DNA from: a virus
Direction: 5' to 3' (one strand)
Virus record (IMG/VR): IMGVR_UViG_3300010373_000008
Coordinates: 1-63,081 of that record
DNA: 63,081 nucleotides
Position numbers and translations under genes: made by a program
The notes under the pieces: generated by a model
What the model saw: the letters and a program-made list of their open reading frames with translations, nothing else
What the model was told of the DNA's origin: nothing
The model's database searches: none
In this document: one piece after another, positions 15,826 through 24,441 of the stretch
How the letters are laid out: each line of letters begins with the position of its first letter
Numbering within the stretch: the stretch's first letter is position 1

Positions 15826-16315
15826 AACGCATCTAGATAGCGCACCCAATAGCCGGCATGCGCTAGCGAAAGCGTCTCTACTCACCACTAGATTGACAAG
15901 GAGCACCCGATAGGACCAGTGACCGCAAGCGCCTTGTGGCTCGCGAGATAGTCCGCCCACGGTTGGGCAAGGGACAGTGCAAAGGCGTCTCGCCTAAGCA
16001 TGAGCCACTATACCTACCCCTAACTGAACGTAAGCTGAACGTGCTACCCCGGTTAGCGCCCCTGGAACACCCTCTCCGACCCCCTGCCGATGTAAAGGAA
16101 ACTTGACACAGGCTGTCATCGAGAATGAGAAGCAGTTGCAATTGGACTGTCGATGATGTAGATAGGACTCATTCGCAATTCCCCTGAGCGCAGACCCCCG
16201 GAGTAGCAGCTTGGAAAAAGGGGACCCACTGCGTGGGGTCGGTGGCCCCTATCCTCCAGGGAGCATAAATAAATACAAAACAATAGGGAATTAATTAATA
16301 AGAAGTGCAGGAAAT
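15826..16315 (+). ncRNA. Candidate structured noncoding RNA or control region (ORF-free, GC-rich, many hairpins)
   Basis: Only short antisense-looking ORFs occur here. Hairpins include ATCTAG..(TAGCGCA/TGCGCTA)..CTAGAT at 15831..15893, GTCC-GCCCA-cggt-TGGGC-aa-GGGAC at 15951..15975, and GTGCTA-ccccggt-TAGCGC. Several stems need T-G pairs on the plus strand, so plus is the tentative strand. Confidence 0.3.
16215..16250 (-). terminator. Terminator-like hairpin readable on the minus strand
   Basis: The minus strand reads AGGGGCCACC-GACCCCAC-gca-GTGGGTC-CCC-TTTTT. Confidence 0.3.
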
Positions 16316-16885
16316 ATGCAGCCGCGTAGCGGCGATAAGGGAACTAATGCCCAGGAAATAGATCTAATAAGTATGAATCTAGAAGAAGTAATTAAAAGTT
16401 TGAAGATAAGTACCCCTACTATAACTGAGCCAGAGCCTCTAAGAGCGCCAGCTACAGTAAAGCGTAGGAGAAGTACTCGTAGGGATACGGATGCGCTTAG
16501 AATCGCTAAGACGAGGGCATATGACGTACGTAGATACAGTACAGTAAAGGGGCTGTGGAGACAGCAGAAGAAGTGGCTGAAGCAAAGAGCAGCTAGATAC
16601 AGGGCTAAGGGTAATGAGCTAAAGGCTAAGGGATGTGAGTTAGTCATAACTCTGGAGGAGTGGACTAAGTTGTGGGAATCAGCGGGGCAGGTGTGGTTCC
16701 ACGGAAAGTGGGTACAGGCCCATGAGGCTAGAGGACCTAGGAAAGATAGGGATGTACAGTTAATACGAATAGACGATAACGGTCCTTGGGAGCTTAGTAA
16801 CCTGAAGATCATCTACAACAAGGGTACTATAGCAGATGGAAGAAGAGTTACCGCAGTGCAGGAGCGTAGCGACGATATTGAATAA
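16316..16885 (+). CDS. Arginine/lysine-rich hypothetical protein (possible nucleic-acid binding); first rightward ORF
   Basis: 189 aa. N-terminal half: KRRRSTRRDTDALRIAKTRAYDVRRYSTVKGLWRQQKKWLKQRAARYRAKG. C-terminal part: ITLEEWTKLW...LIRIDDNGPWELSNLKIIY. The start codon is uncertain. Confidence 0.5.
   Translation: MQPRSGDKGTNAQEIDLISMNLEEVIKSLKISTPTITEPEPLRAPATVKRRRSTRRDTDALRIAKTRAYDVRRYSTVKGLWRQQKKWLKQRAARYRAKGNELKAKGCELVITLEEWTKLWESAGQVWFHGKWVQAHEARGPRKDRDVQLIRIDDNGPWELSNLKIIYNKGTIADGRRVTAVQERSDDIE
16317..16343 (+). repeat. Repeat R3, right arm of the 27-bp inverted repeat
   Basis: tgcagccgcgtagcggcgataagggaa. It overlaps the ATG at 16316. Confidence 0.85.
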
Positions 16886-17039
16886 AGATCAGGTGTACTA
16901 CCTTAAGAAAAAGATGCAGGGCTTGGAGCAGGGCGACAAGACCGATAAGATTAAGGAGATTGCCCTTGAGCGTAGGCTTAAGCAGTGGAGAGTCTGGGGG
17001 CTTAAGGAATACCGAGATAAAAATAATTGAAAATAGTTG

Positions 17040-17500
17040 GGGAACTTTTACGACTATTTGGCTATCTAATGTTGTCTAAGTGTTATCAAGACTTAACAGT
17101 CTTTGCATCTAACCATGCAGTCACGGTAAGTGACGATACGTACTCCGTACGTTAATAGGAACGCTGATCTGTCGTTGCTCGGAAGAAAAGCAGATCAACC
17201 TTAGTCTAAGGATAGACATAAAGGAGCTAGTGCAGAGACACTAGCAATATACAATCGGTCCTAGTCCTCTCCGGCCAGAGGGGCTAGGGCCTGGACGTAT
17301 AACCCACTAACCACCCCTTAAGACCGGGGGCGGAGACGATAAACCAATTAAGCGGACATCTTATCAGAGCATTGCTCTTGCATCTAACCATGCAGGAACG
17401 CAGTTCCGATAAGACGATAAGGAGACCTGACTCGGTATCAAGGAGTAGCTTAGATCTGGTGTATTTGGAATTGTTCATATCGAAACGATATCTGATGCAA
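17040..17500 (+). promoter_or_regulatory. Hairpin-dense ORF-poor leader with a duplicated 18-nt hairpin
   Basis: ttgcatctaaccatgcag occurs at 17103..17120 and 17378..17395. A 14-bp hairpin at 17257..17291 needs T-G pairs on the plus strand. Several 5-7-bp hairpins follow, including ACGTACtccGTACGT, GGAACgcaGTTCC and ATATCGaaaCGATAT. Confidence 0.35.
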
Positions 17501-17765
17501 TGGAACGAAGTGAAGTGATAAGAGTTCTGGATAATTGGGTTAGTGGTACTTAACTTGGATAGTGTATCTCATTATCAAAGCATAGCTGTTGTACTGATTA
17601 GATTTAGGTGTATTGCTGTTTAGTGTAGGTGTAAGCTGCTGTCTAATCTCGACAGCTCTGTTTACAGCTAAACGAACAGGATGTCCCTAAGGTCTATGAT
17701 CTTGTTTTATCTGAAGTTACACAGTTCCATGAGTCAAACACATGCAAGCCCGGAGGGCTGATAAG

Positions 17766-18092
17766 ATGGCATTTAATTTCAATCCAATTCAAAAGCGTAA
17801 CGAGTGGTCTGTTCAGATGAAGGCTGCTCTGTACAAAGTTCTAAAGTCAATGCCTGGAGCTTCTGGTACTCCTCAGGTTACACCTACCTCACTAACCAAC
17901 AGCACAGCAGGTACTGCTAATGATACTGTACAAGCTACTCCTCAGACGGTAGCAGCAGGTACGGATACTTCAGCAGCACAGCTAGTAGCTACTAACGCAT
18001 CTCTTACTATCATCAACAACAACTTTGCAGATCTGGTTGTAAAGGTTAATCAGATCCTAACAGCTCTGAAGAATGCCGGTCTAATGTCTTAA
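17766..18092 (+). CDS. Hypothetical (virion-associated?) protein
   Basis: ORF 17742..18092. The ATG at 17766 is preceded by GGAGGG. Confidence 0.55.
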   Translation: MAFNFNPIQKRNEWSVQMKAALYKVLKSMPGASGTPQVTPTSLTNSTAGTANDTVQATPQTVAAGTDTSAAQLVATNASLTIINNNFADLVVKVNQILTALKNAGLMS

Positions 18093-18116
18093 TGAAGAAC
18101 TACCTATGGGGTTTTT

Positions 18117-18488
18117 ATGTCTCGTTCAAAACCCGCTGGGAACAGTTCAAACAATGGACAAGTTCAATCGGCTCAGAAGATTAGTCCCGCAGAAGGGACA
18201 CGGACGGTAGTCGATACTACCCACACCCCTCCCCCGAAAGGTACGGAGGGGAAGATGCTAACCTCTAGGAAGTTCCTACTGTGCTTCTTCGTTTTACTCT
18301 TTAGCTTCCTATTGGTAGCCTATGACAAAGATGTCAGGGCTTTGGAGATCATAGTTCCGGCAGTACTGGCAGTGTACTTCGGAGCTAATGTATCTCAAGA
18401 TTATGTATTCAGGCGTACTCACAAGTCTTCGTACAAAGAAGATGCAGATGTACCATCCAGAGATTTAAGTGACTTAAGGCAAAGATAA
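18117..18488 (+). CDS. Membrane protein, holin candidate
   Basis: Two hydrophobic segments, FLLCFFVLLFSFLLVAY and IIVPAVLAVYFGANV. It lies two genes upstream of the endolysin. Confidence 0.4.
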   Translation: MSRSKPAGNSSNNGQVQSAQKISPAEGTRTVVDTTHTPPPKGTEGKMLTSRKFLLCFFVLLFSFLLVAYDKDVRALEIIVPAVLAVYFGANVSQDYVFRRTHKSSYKEDADVPSRDLSDLRQR

Positions 18489-18802
18489 TGGCAAACGAAG
18501 TACTGTTGGCACCTACCAACGATAGAGAGACATCGACTACAGTTACATGCGACGGTATTGCTCGCATTCAGATAGGTTTGTTTGTAAGTGCTAATATGCC
18601 GATTAGAGAAAGGGTAGGAGCTAGGGTTCTGGTAGAGAATCCCGAGGGAACTATTCCTTACAGGTACCCAGATAAGCGTATGAATGTAGTAGTATTAACG
18701 GCTAACGAGCCTGTCATCTACATCACAGAAGCTGGTACTTATTCTGTAGATAAGCCTCTTACTGATCAGCGAGTTGGTGTATTCGCAGATACGGGCGCAT
18801 AA
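18488..18802 (+). CDS. Hypothetical protein
   Basis: 104-aa ORF. Confidence 0.55.
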   Translation: MANEVLLAPTNDRETSTTVTCDGIARIQIGLFVSANMPIRERVGARVLVENPEGTIPYRYPDKRMNVVVLTANEPVIYITEAGTYSVDKPLTDQRVGVFADTGA

Positions 18803-19246
18803 ATGAACGAATGGTTTTCTAGAGAAGTAGAAGAACTTAAAGACGACGAGGGATTTAGATCTAAGCCCTACAAAGATACACTCGGTTACTGGACTATCGG
18901 ACATGGACACCATGATGGTGTTACGGCCAACACAGCTCCCATAAATGAAGAGGATGCTGAGTCTTTGTTAATCGAGCGTATGGAGAAGGCTTGGGATGAT
19001 GCTCGGTACGTATGTCCTAGCTTCGATCAGCTTGATGGCCCGCGTAAGGGCATCATGTTAAATCTAGCATACCAACTAGGGCGTAAGGGCTTGTCGGGCT
19101 TTCACGGCACTCTCAGGGCCATAGATGAGCAAGATTGGGATACAGCAGCAACTAGACTTATGAATTCCCTGTTCGCTAGACAGACTCCTAGCAGAGCTAA
19201 GCGAGCAGCCTATAGACTAAAGTACGGTGAATATGCATCCCGCTAA
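18803..19246 (+). CDS. Endolysin, T4-lysozyme-like (GH24) muramidase
   Basis: ELKDDEGFRSKPYKDTLGYWTIGHGH motif. Confidence 0.75.
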   Translation: MNEWFSREVEELKDDEGFRSKPYKDTLGYWTIGHGHHDGVTANTAPINEEDAESLLIERMEKAWDDARYVCPSFDQLDGPRKGIMLNLAYQLGRKGLSGFHGTLRAIDEQDWDTAATRLMNSLFARQTPSRAKRAAYRLKYGEYASR

Positions 19247-19451
19247 AGACATAGCTATCTGTAGGTATGATCTTAAGTATAAAGCTTTTGGATCAGACGA
19301 TAAGCAATACCTAAAAGGTATGAGTGATTACCGTAAAGGTGAGCCATTCAATCCCATTGAATCAGATAGATGGCGTCTAGGATACAAACTAGAAGCAGCA
19401 AAGAATATGACATTTGAAAATTATATTGGAGAATATTTACCTCGTGGCTAA
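19227..19451 (+). CDS. Hypothetical protein
   Basis: 74-aa ORF. Confidence 0.5.
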   Translation: MNMHPAKDIAICRYDLKYKAFGSDDKQYLKGMSDYRKGEPFNPIESDRWRLGYKLEAAKNMTFENYIGEYLPRG

Positions 19452-19920
19452 GCGTACTAAACCAAAAGATATCCCGATTGTGATCCTGACTAATGACCGC
19501 AATCCTGCTAAAGCTAATCTGATGTTCAGTTTATATAATGCAGTGAAGGCTGGTAAGTTAGGGTATATGGACGGTATGGATCCGGATACTGGTTCTATTG
19601 TTCCTATGCTAGTAGGTATTGAACCTAGCCCTGACGGTAAGTTTGAAGCTAACAATATTTATCCCTTGGCTATTCTGGTACGTTCCGAAGAGGAATCTTT
19701 CAAGTACTGGATGCCTGATGGTGGTGGTAATTACTACAAACGAAACGGAGATCCCGTCTCTATGACGGAGACTGATAATAATGCAGAAGCAATCGTTGAA
19801 CAGTTCGCAGAGTCAGCAGGACTTGGAGGCACCATCTTCGATCACGGAGACGCCGGGACCGAAATTATCAAAGTACGGAAAGCCCCTAGGAAGAAAGCCA
19901 AAGGAACAGCCGAAGGCTGA
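19414..19920 (+). CDS. Hypothetical protein
   Basis: 168-aa ORF. Its last ~140 nt overlap the terminase small-subunit frame. Confidence 0.5.
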   Translation: MKIILENIYLVAKRTKPKDIPIVILTNDRNPAKANLMFSLYNAVKAGKLGYMDGMDPDTGSIVPMLVGIEPSPDGKFEANNIYPLAILVRSEEESFKYWMPDGGGNYYKRNGDPVSMTETDNNAEAIVEQFAESAGLGGTIFDHGDAGTEIIKVRKAPRKKAKGTAEG

Positions 19921-20302
19921 GCACTGGGCTGAACGCGTTAAGAGGATGTACGAAGAAGGATGTTCTGACGATGAGATCTGTAGAGAGATCCAGATCAGTA
20001 GGAAGGAATTCCTTCGTCGTTCTAAAGATGATCCCATGTTCGGTAAGCTTGTTGAGTACGGACACGTAGCTCGCAAAGCTTGGTACATGAGGATGGGTCG
20101 TAAAGCTATTACAGAAGGAGCTAAGTCTCAGTCGTTTAACTTCTGGCAATCCATCATGAAGAATGATTTCGGATGGGGTGCAGAGAGTACGTCTGACGGC
20201 AAACCTGCTGAAACATTATCTCCCTTAGAATTAGTGGAACGAGTTACAGAACTGCGAAAGAGATTAAAAGAAGCCCCGGAGTTTAGCGATCTTGCACACT
20301 GA
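19781..20302 (+). CDS. terS: Terminase small subunit (HTH type); start uncertain
   Basis: GKPLGRKPKEQPKAEHWAERVKRMYEEGCSDDEICREIQISRKEF. It lies directly upstream of the large subunit. Confidence 0.55.
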   Translation: MQKQSLNSSQSQQDLEAPSSITETPGPKLSKYGKPLGRKPKEQPKAEHWAERVKRMYEEGCSDDEICREIQISRKEFLRRSKDDPMFGKLVEYGHVARKAWYMRMGRKAITEGAKSQSFNFWQSIMKNDFGWGAESTSDGKPAETLSPLELVERVTELRKRLKEAPEFSDLAH

Positions 20303-21185
20303 TGATGACGATTGGGATTTAGTTCCCTCTGTAGATTTAGATATTCCTATCGATGAGGAATTACTTAATCGCGCAGCTAAGATTAAAGTCCGTGCACAGA
20401 ATAAACACATCAGCCCTCACGATGTACTCGAACTACAATCCCTCCTTAAAGAGATGGAAAGGCGTACCGAGATCTCAGGAGTTGATAAGTGGTATGTACC
20501 CGGCACTCCATTCGGCATCGACAAACTTCCTAAACATAAAGCAATCTTCGATTCTACAAAAGACTATAGAGAAGTTTTGATCCTAGGAGGAAACCGTACT
20601 TCCAAGACCACGACAGGATGTTACCTCAGCACAGTAACCGCGACAGGATTATATCCTGATTGGTGGGACGGTGTTGTATATCCTGGACCTGTGAATAACT
20701 ATTCAGTAGGTAAGTCAGCACAGACCGTACTTCAAACTCTACAGGAATGTCTGATGGGTCCGTCTGGTCAATGGGGTACAGGATTAATTCCTAAGCATCT
20801 CATTGAGAAGACTGTCCATAAGTCAGGAGTACCCGGAGCAATCCGTGAAGTACATGTACGTCATGTTCCTTCAGGAGGTATCTCTACAATTACGTTCATG
20901 TCCGCAGACCAGAAGGCTCACGCTTTCTTTGGTCTAAAGGGACATATCATGCATGTAGATGAACCTACCGATGAAGATGTGTACAACGAGATCCTAGTCC
21001 GTACCATGACTACCAACGGTCGTGTAATTCATACCATTACTCCCAAGAAAGGTTTGACTAGAATGCTAGCCAACTTCTTAAGTGACTGTCATCTACTAGC
21101 AGGCACCAAGAAGATTAAAGGTCTCGAACAGGCTAAGGCTTTGATGGACATAGAAGCAGAAGCTAAGAGGCAAGACAGTGAGTGA
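20292..21185 (+). CDS. terL: Terminase large subunit, ATPase half (separate ORF)
   Basis: Walker A LGGNRTSKTT, Walker B GHIMHVDE, and coupling motif HTITP. It ends in TGA TAA. Confidence 0.75.
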   Translation: MHTDDDDWDLVPSVDLDIPIDEELLNRAAKIKVRAQNKHISPHDVLELQSLLKEMERRTEISGVDKWYVPGTPFGIDKLPKHKAIFDSTKDYREVLILGGNRTSKTTTGCYLSTVTATGLYPDWWDGVVYPGPVNNYSVGKSAQTVLQTLQECLMGPSGQWGTGLIPKHLIEKTVHKSGVPGAIREVHVRHVPSGGISTITFMSADQKAHAFFGLKGHIMHVDEPTDEDVYNEILVRTMTTNGRVIHTITPKKGLTRMLANFLSDCHLLAGTKKIKGLEQAKALMDIEAEAKRQDSE

Positions 21186-21966
21186 TAAGGTCGAAGAAGT
21201 AGTAGGCAACGCTGCTAAATACAGTAGAGCTGCTATCTCCATTAGCTGGGCGGATGCTCCTTGGTTGACCGAGGAAGCTAAGCAGCAAGTACGTGAATCC
21301 ACTCCTCCTCATCTACGAGAGACTGTTGAGAATGGTACCTTCGCTATTGGCGATGGTGCTATTTATCCAATTCCTGTAGAAGAGATTACAATTCCTATGA
21401 AGGATACGTTTGATATCCCCAAACATTGGAGATTCATCTACGGAATGGATGTAGGCTGGAATAGAACTGCCGTAGCTTTCTTGGCGCAGAATCCTGAGAC
21501 TGGCGTATGGTACATGTACGATGAACATTACCAAGGTAACCAGCCTCCAGAAGTCCATGCAGCTCGTATCAAAGCCGTAGCAGGTGATTGGATGTCGGGA
21601 GCTATTGATCCTGCGTCTAAGAATCGTTCACAAAGCGACGGTCAGCAGTTATTGGTATCCTATCGTAAGCTGGGACTTAGATTACGAGAAGCCAATAATG
21701 CGGTTGAGTCTGGTATTCAAACTGTTTGGTCCCTGTTAGCAGCAGGCAAACTAAAGATCTTTGCTAACTGCTACAATTTCTTGAATGAATACATTTTGTA
21801 CAGACGAGAAAAGGGTAATGTAGTCAAGGAAAATGACCATCTGATGGACGCACTTCGTTATGGAATTGTTGAACATAGGTATGCTTCGCTTAAACCTAGG
21901 CAAGGGCAGTCTATACCGGGCATTAACGGCCCTCTAATTCAGGTAAAGCGTAGATATGACTATTGA
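21178..21966 (+). CDS. terL: Terminase large subunit, nuclease half (separate ORF in the +1 frame)
   Basis: ISISWADAPWLTEE, GMDVGWNRTAVAF and NDHLMDALRYG. The GTG start is preceded by AAGAGG 7 nt upstream. Confidence 0.75.
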   Translation: MSDKVEEVVGNAAKYSRAAISISWADAPWLTEEAKQQVRESTPPHLRETVENGTFAIGDGAIYPIPVEEITIPMKDTFDIPKHWRFIYGMDVGWNRTAVAFLAQNPETGVWYMYDEHYQGNQPPEVHAARIKAVAGDWMSGAIDPASKNRSQSDGQQLLVSYRKLGLRLREANNAVESGIQTVWSLLAAGKLKIFANCYNFLNEYILYRREKGNVVKENDHLMDALRYGIVEHRYASLKPRQGQSIPGINGPLIQVKRRYDY

Positions 21967-24238
21967 ACAAGATCTTACTATCCTAACTGATGGAGAAGAC
22001 AGTGATCTTCTTCGTCAGGTTATTGAGATTCAGGTACAAGCAGAAGAGCAACTGCGAGCAGATCGTGAAAATCTATACGATAAGCTAGCTCGTACCGTAG
22101 AATCTAAGTTACAAACTCGTATCGGTCGCAGGGGAGTCAAGCAGGTTCAGATGCTAGAGAGTCTAAGGCTCGTACTAGGATCTTTATCTGCTAATGACTG
22201 GACCAATATCAATGATCCTTTCCAGAGAGAGCGAGTAAACCGCCCAGCCCAAGTCAACATCACCCGATCTAAGTGTGAAATCGCTATAAGTCAGATGTCT
22301 AGTTTCCAGTTCGCTGCTGGTGATAAGAATTGGCAGCTAGCTCCTCCTCAGGTCATGGATGTAGATCAAGAAGATATCCAAACTATCTCTAACATCGAAG
22401 GAGTTCAGCTAAGTCCTGAACAAGTTGTAGATGTTAAGATGGGTTTGATGGAAAGGGAGATGGAACATCAGCTAGTTCTCACCGACTACGCACGAGAATG
22501 CCGTAAGGGTATGGATAATGAGGTCGTTATGGGTACAGCAGTACTCAAGGGACCTATGAATGTAGGACGTTTACGTAAGATTTACCGAAAAGAAGTTACA
22601 TCTGAAGGTAAAGTAATTCGTGTTCCGACATTTGAAACGGAATATCTCCCTCACATTTATTCAGTCAATCCATTGCTATGGTATCCAGATGATACGGTTA
22701 ACTGTGTAGAGGATTGTGAAGACTCAATCGAAGTTCACCCTAAATCCAAGACACAGCTCAAAGCATTGATGCAGCACAAGGGCTTTATCGCAGAGGAAAT
22801 CGAGAAGGCTTGTAAAGAAGACCCACGAAGCTATACTACTGCTCCATTTGTAGATCAGGGATCTGTTACTTCTGGTAACGGGGATCTATTCAAGGATAAG
22901 TATCTAGTACTTGAGTTCCACGGTCCTATCTGCCGAGCAGATCTAGAATTGATGGGCAAGCCTCCTACTTATGATAGTCCAGATGATTACTACTACGCAG
23001 AAGTGTGGGTAGTAAATGGACGTGTAATCAGAGTAGAGATGTCTAACCTAGAAGGTTGTCATCGTATTCCCTACTTCGTAAGTGTATGGGAGAAGGATCC
23101 GGGTTCTATCTTCGGATTTGGTGTACCGATGTTGATTCGAGATCAGCAGCGTATCATCAATGAAACTCATCGCATGATCTTGGACAACGCTGGTATCAGT
23201 GCTGGTCCTCAGGTTATTGTGGATACTACTCTCATCAAGCCTGCCGAAGGTGGTCTAGAATGTACTCCTTGGAAGGTGTGGTATGTAAATGAGTTCGGTG
23301 CAGATGTTAGCAAAGCTATGTCTTTCTACATGCCCCCGAATGCATTTGAAGGTTTGTCTGCTCTATTCATGATGACTAAGCAGATCGCAGATGAAGAGTC
23401 TAGTATTTCTCTAATGGCTCCCGGTCTGGATCTACCCACAGGTGCAGCAGATAATGCTACGTCTATGGCTATCATGAATCAGAATGCAACCAGTCCGTTA
23501 TTCTTTAAAGCAGAAGAATGGGATGACAACATCACCAAGCCATTGCTTGAGAGTGTGTATGACTGGAATATGCAGTACAATCCCAAGGATGAGATTAAGG
23601 GAAGTTTCTCAGTAGATGTACGTACTCCTACGCAGTTACTACGAGGTACTCAAGAACAGCAGAAGCTAGAACGTTTGTCTATGGAGATCTCACAAGGATC
23701 TCCTCTAGGTGAATGGATCAAGCTTGATGGCCTAGCTAATGCTCGCATTAGACTCATGAGGTTACCCGCAGCAGGAATTGTAAAGACTCCTGAAGAAGTA
23801 GCAGAAGAGAGGGCTAATGCACCAGAGCCACCTCCCGATCCTGCTATGATTGAAGCACAGGCTAAGATGGCACAGATTGAAGTGCAGAACAAGCGATTAG
23901 ATCTAGATGCTCAGAAGCTTCAGATGGAAATGCATCAGAAGAATGAAGAGTTAAAGATGCAGTTAGCTGTTCAGATGGAAACCAATCGTGTGCGTGAAAT
24001 CGAAGCTATGGCATCTATCCAGAAGGCTCAGTACGATTTTGAATCTTCTATGGCCCAGCTAGCTTCTCGTAGCGAGGCAGATAGAGCTAAGATTCTAAGC
24101 AGTATTAATGCAGAGGAGATGAGAGCACAGACTGCTAAGTTCCTAGCTGGTACTAATGTAGGATTGAAAGTACGTCAGCAAGATATGGATGCACAGGAAC
24201 TCGCATTTAAGAGAGAAACGGGTAAACCCGGAATCTAA
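21956..24238 (+). CDS. Portal protein
   Basis: 760 aa. Called from its position between terminase and scaffold/capsid and its coiled-coil C-terminus. Confidence 0.65.
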   Translation: MTIEQDLTILTDGEDSDLLRQVIEIQVQAEEQLRADRENLYDKLARTVESKLQTRIGRRGVKQVQMLESLRLVLGSLSANDWTNINDPFQRERVNRPAQVNITRSKCEIAISQMSSFQFAAGDKNWQLAPPQVMDVDQEDIQTISNIEGVQLSPEQVVDVKMGLMEREMEHQLVLTDYARECRKGMDNEVVMGTAVLKGPMNVGRLRKIYRKEVTSEGKVIRVPTFETEYLPHIYSVNPLLWYPDDTVNCVEDCEDSIEVHPKSKTQLKALMQHKGFIAEEIEKACKEDPRSYTTAPFVDQGSVTSGNGDLFKDKYLVLEFHGPICRADLELMGKPPTYDSPDDYYYAEVWVVNGRVIRVEMSNLEGCHRIPYFVSVWEKDPGSIFGFGVPMLIRDQQRIINETHRMILDNAGISAGPQVIVDTTLIKPAEGGLECTPWKVWYVNEFGADVSKAMSFYMPPNAFEGLSALFMMTKQIADEESSISLMAPGLDLPTGAADNATSMAIMNQNATSPLFFKAEEWDDNITKPLLESVYDWNMQYNPKDEIKGSFSVDVRTPTQLLRGTQEQQKLERLSMEISQGSPLGEWIKLDGLANARIRLMRLPAAGIVKTPEEVAEERANAPEPPPDPAMIEAQAKMAQIEVQNKRLDLDAQKLQMEMHQKNEELKMQLAVQMETNRVREIEAMASIQKAQYDFESSMAQLASRSEADRAKILSSINAEEMRAQTAKFLAGTNVGLKVRQQDMDAQELAFKRETGKPGI

Positions 24239-24441
24239 TGAGCGTATTCAAAGATGATACTTGGTCTTATCTAGAGGTATATCTCAAGCAGCAGCTTGAT
24301 AATTCCCTTACTAAGATGACGCAAACTGATACATCGTACAAAGAGATTATGCGTTTGCAAGGACAAGTGCAGGCGTACAAGACACTACTAAATCTTCCGC
24401 AGTCACATGAGACTGTCGCAAGAACTAACAGGATTACATAA
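24238..24441 (+). CDS. Hypothetical protein
   Basis: 67-aa ORF. Confidence 0.45.
   Translation: MSVFKDDTWSYLEVYLKQQLDNSLTKMTQTDTSYKEIMRLQGQVQAYKTLLNLPQSHETVARTNRIT

Noticed and set aside
15893-16110. The two plus-strand TTGACA hexamers (15893..15898 and about 16104..16109) as sigma70 promoters
   Set aside because: No acceptable -10 hexamer lies at 16-18 nt spacing from either one.
15766-16812. ORF-track entries 15766..15960(-), 15878..16141(-) and 16291..16812(-) as real genes
   Set aside because: Their products are low-complexity (Arg/Ser/Leu/Cys-rich), and they lack ribosome-binding sites. The first two lie in GC-rich DNA where long open frames arise by chance. The third is antisense to a purine-rich plus-strand ORF, which naturally keeps the complementary frame open.
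13040-17400. CRISPR array, retron or diversity-generating retroelement as an explanation for the repeats in the 13-17 kb region
   Set aside because: The repeats are not regularly spaced with unique spacers, and they come as inverted or isolated pairs. No reverse-transcriptase-like ORF (YxDD) or cas-like gene is present anywhere in the window.
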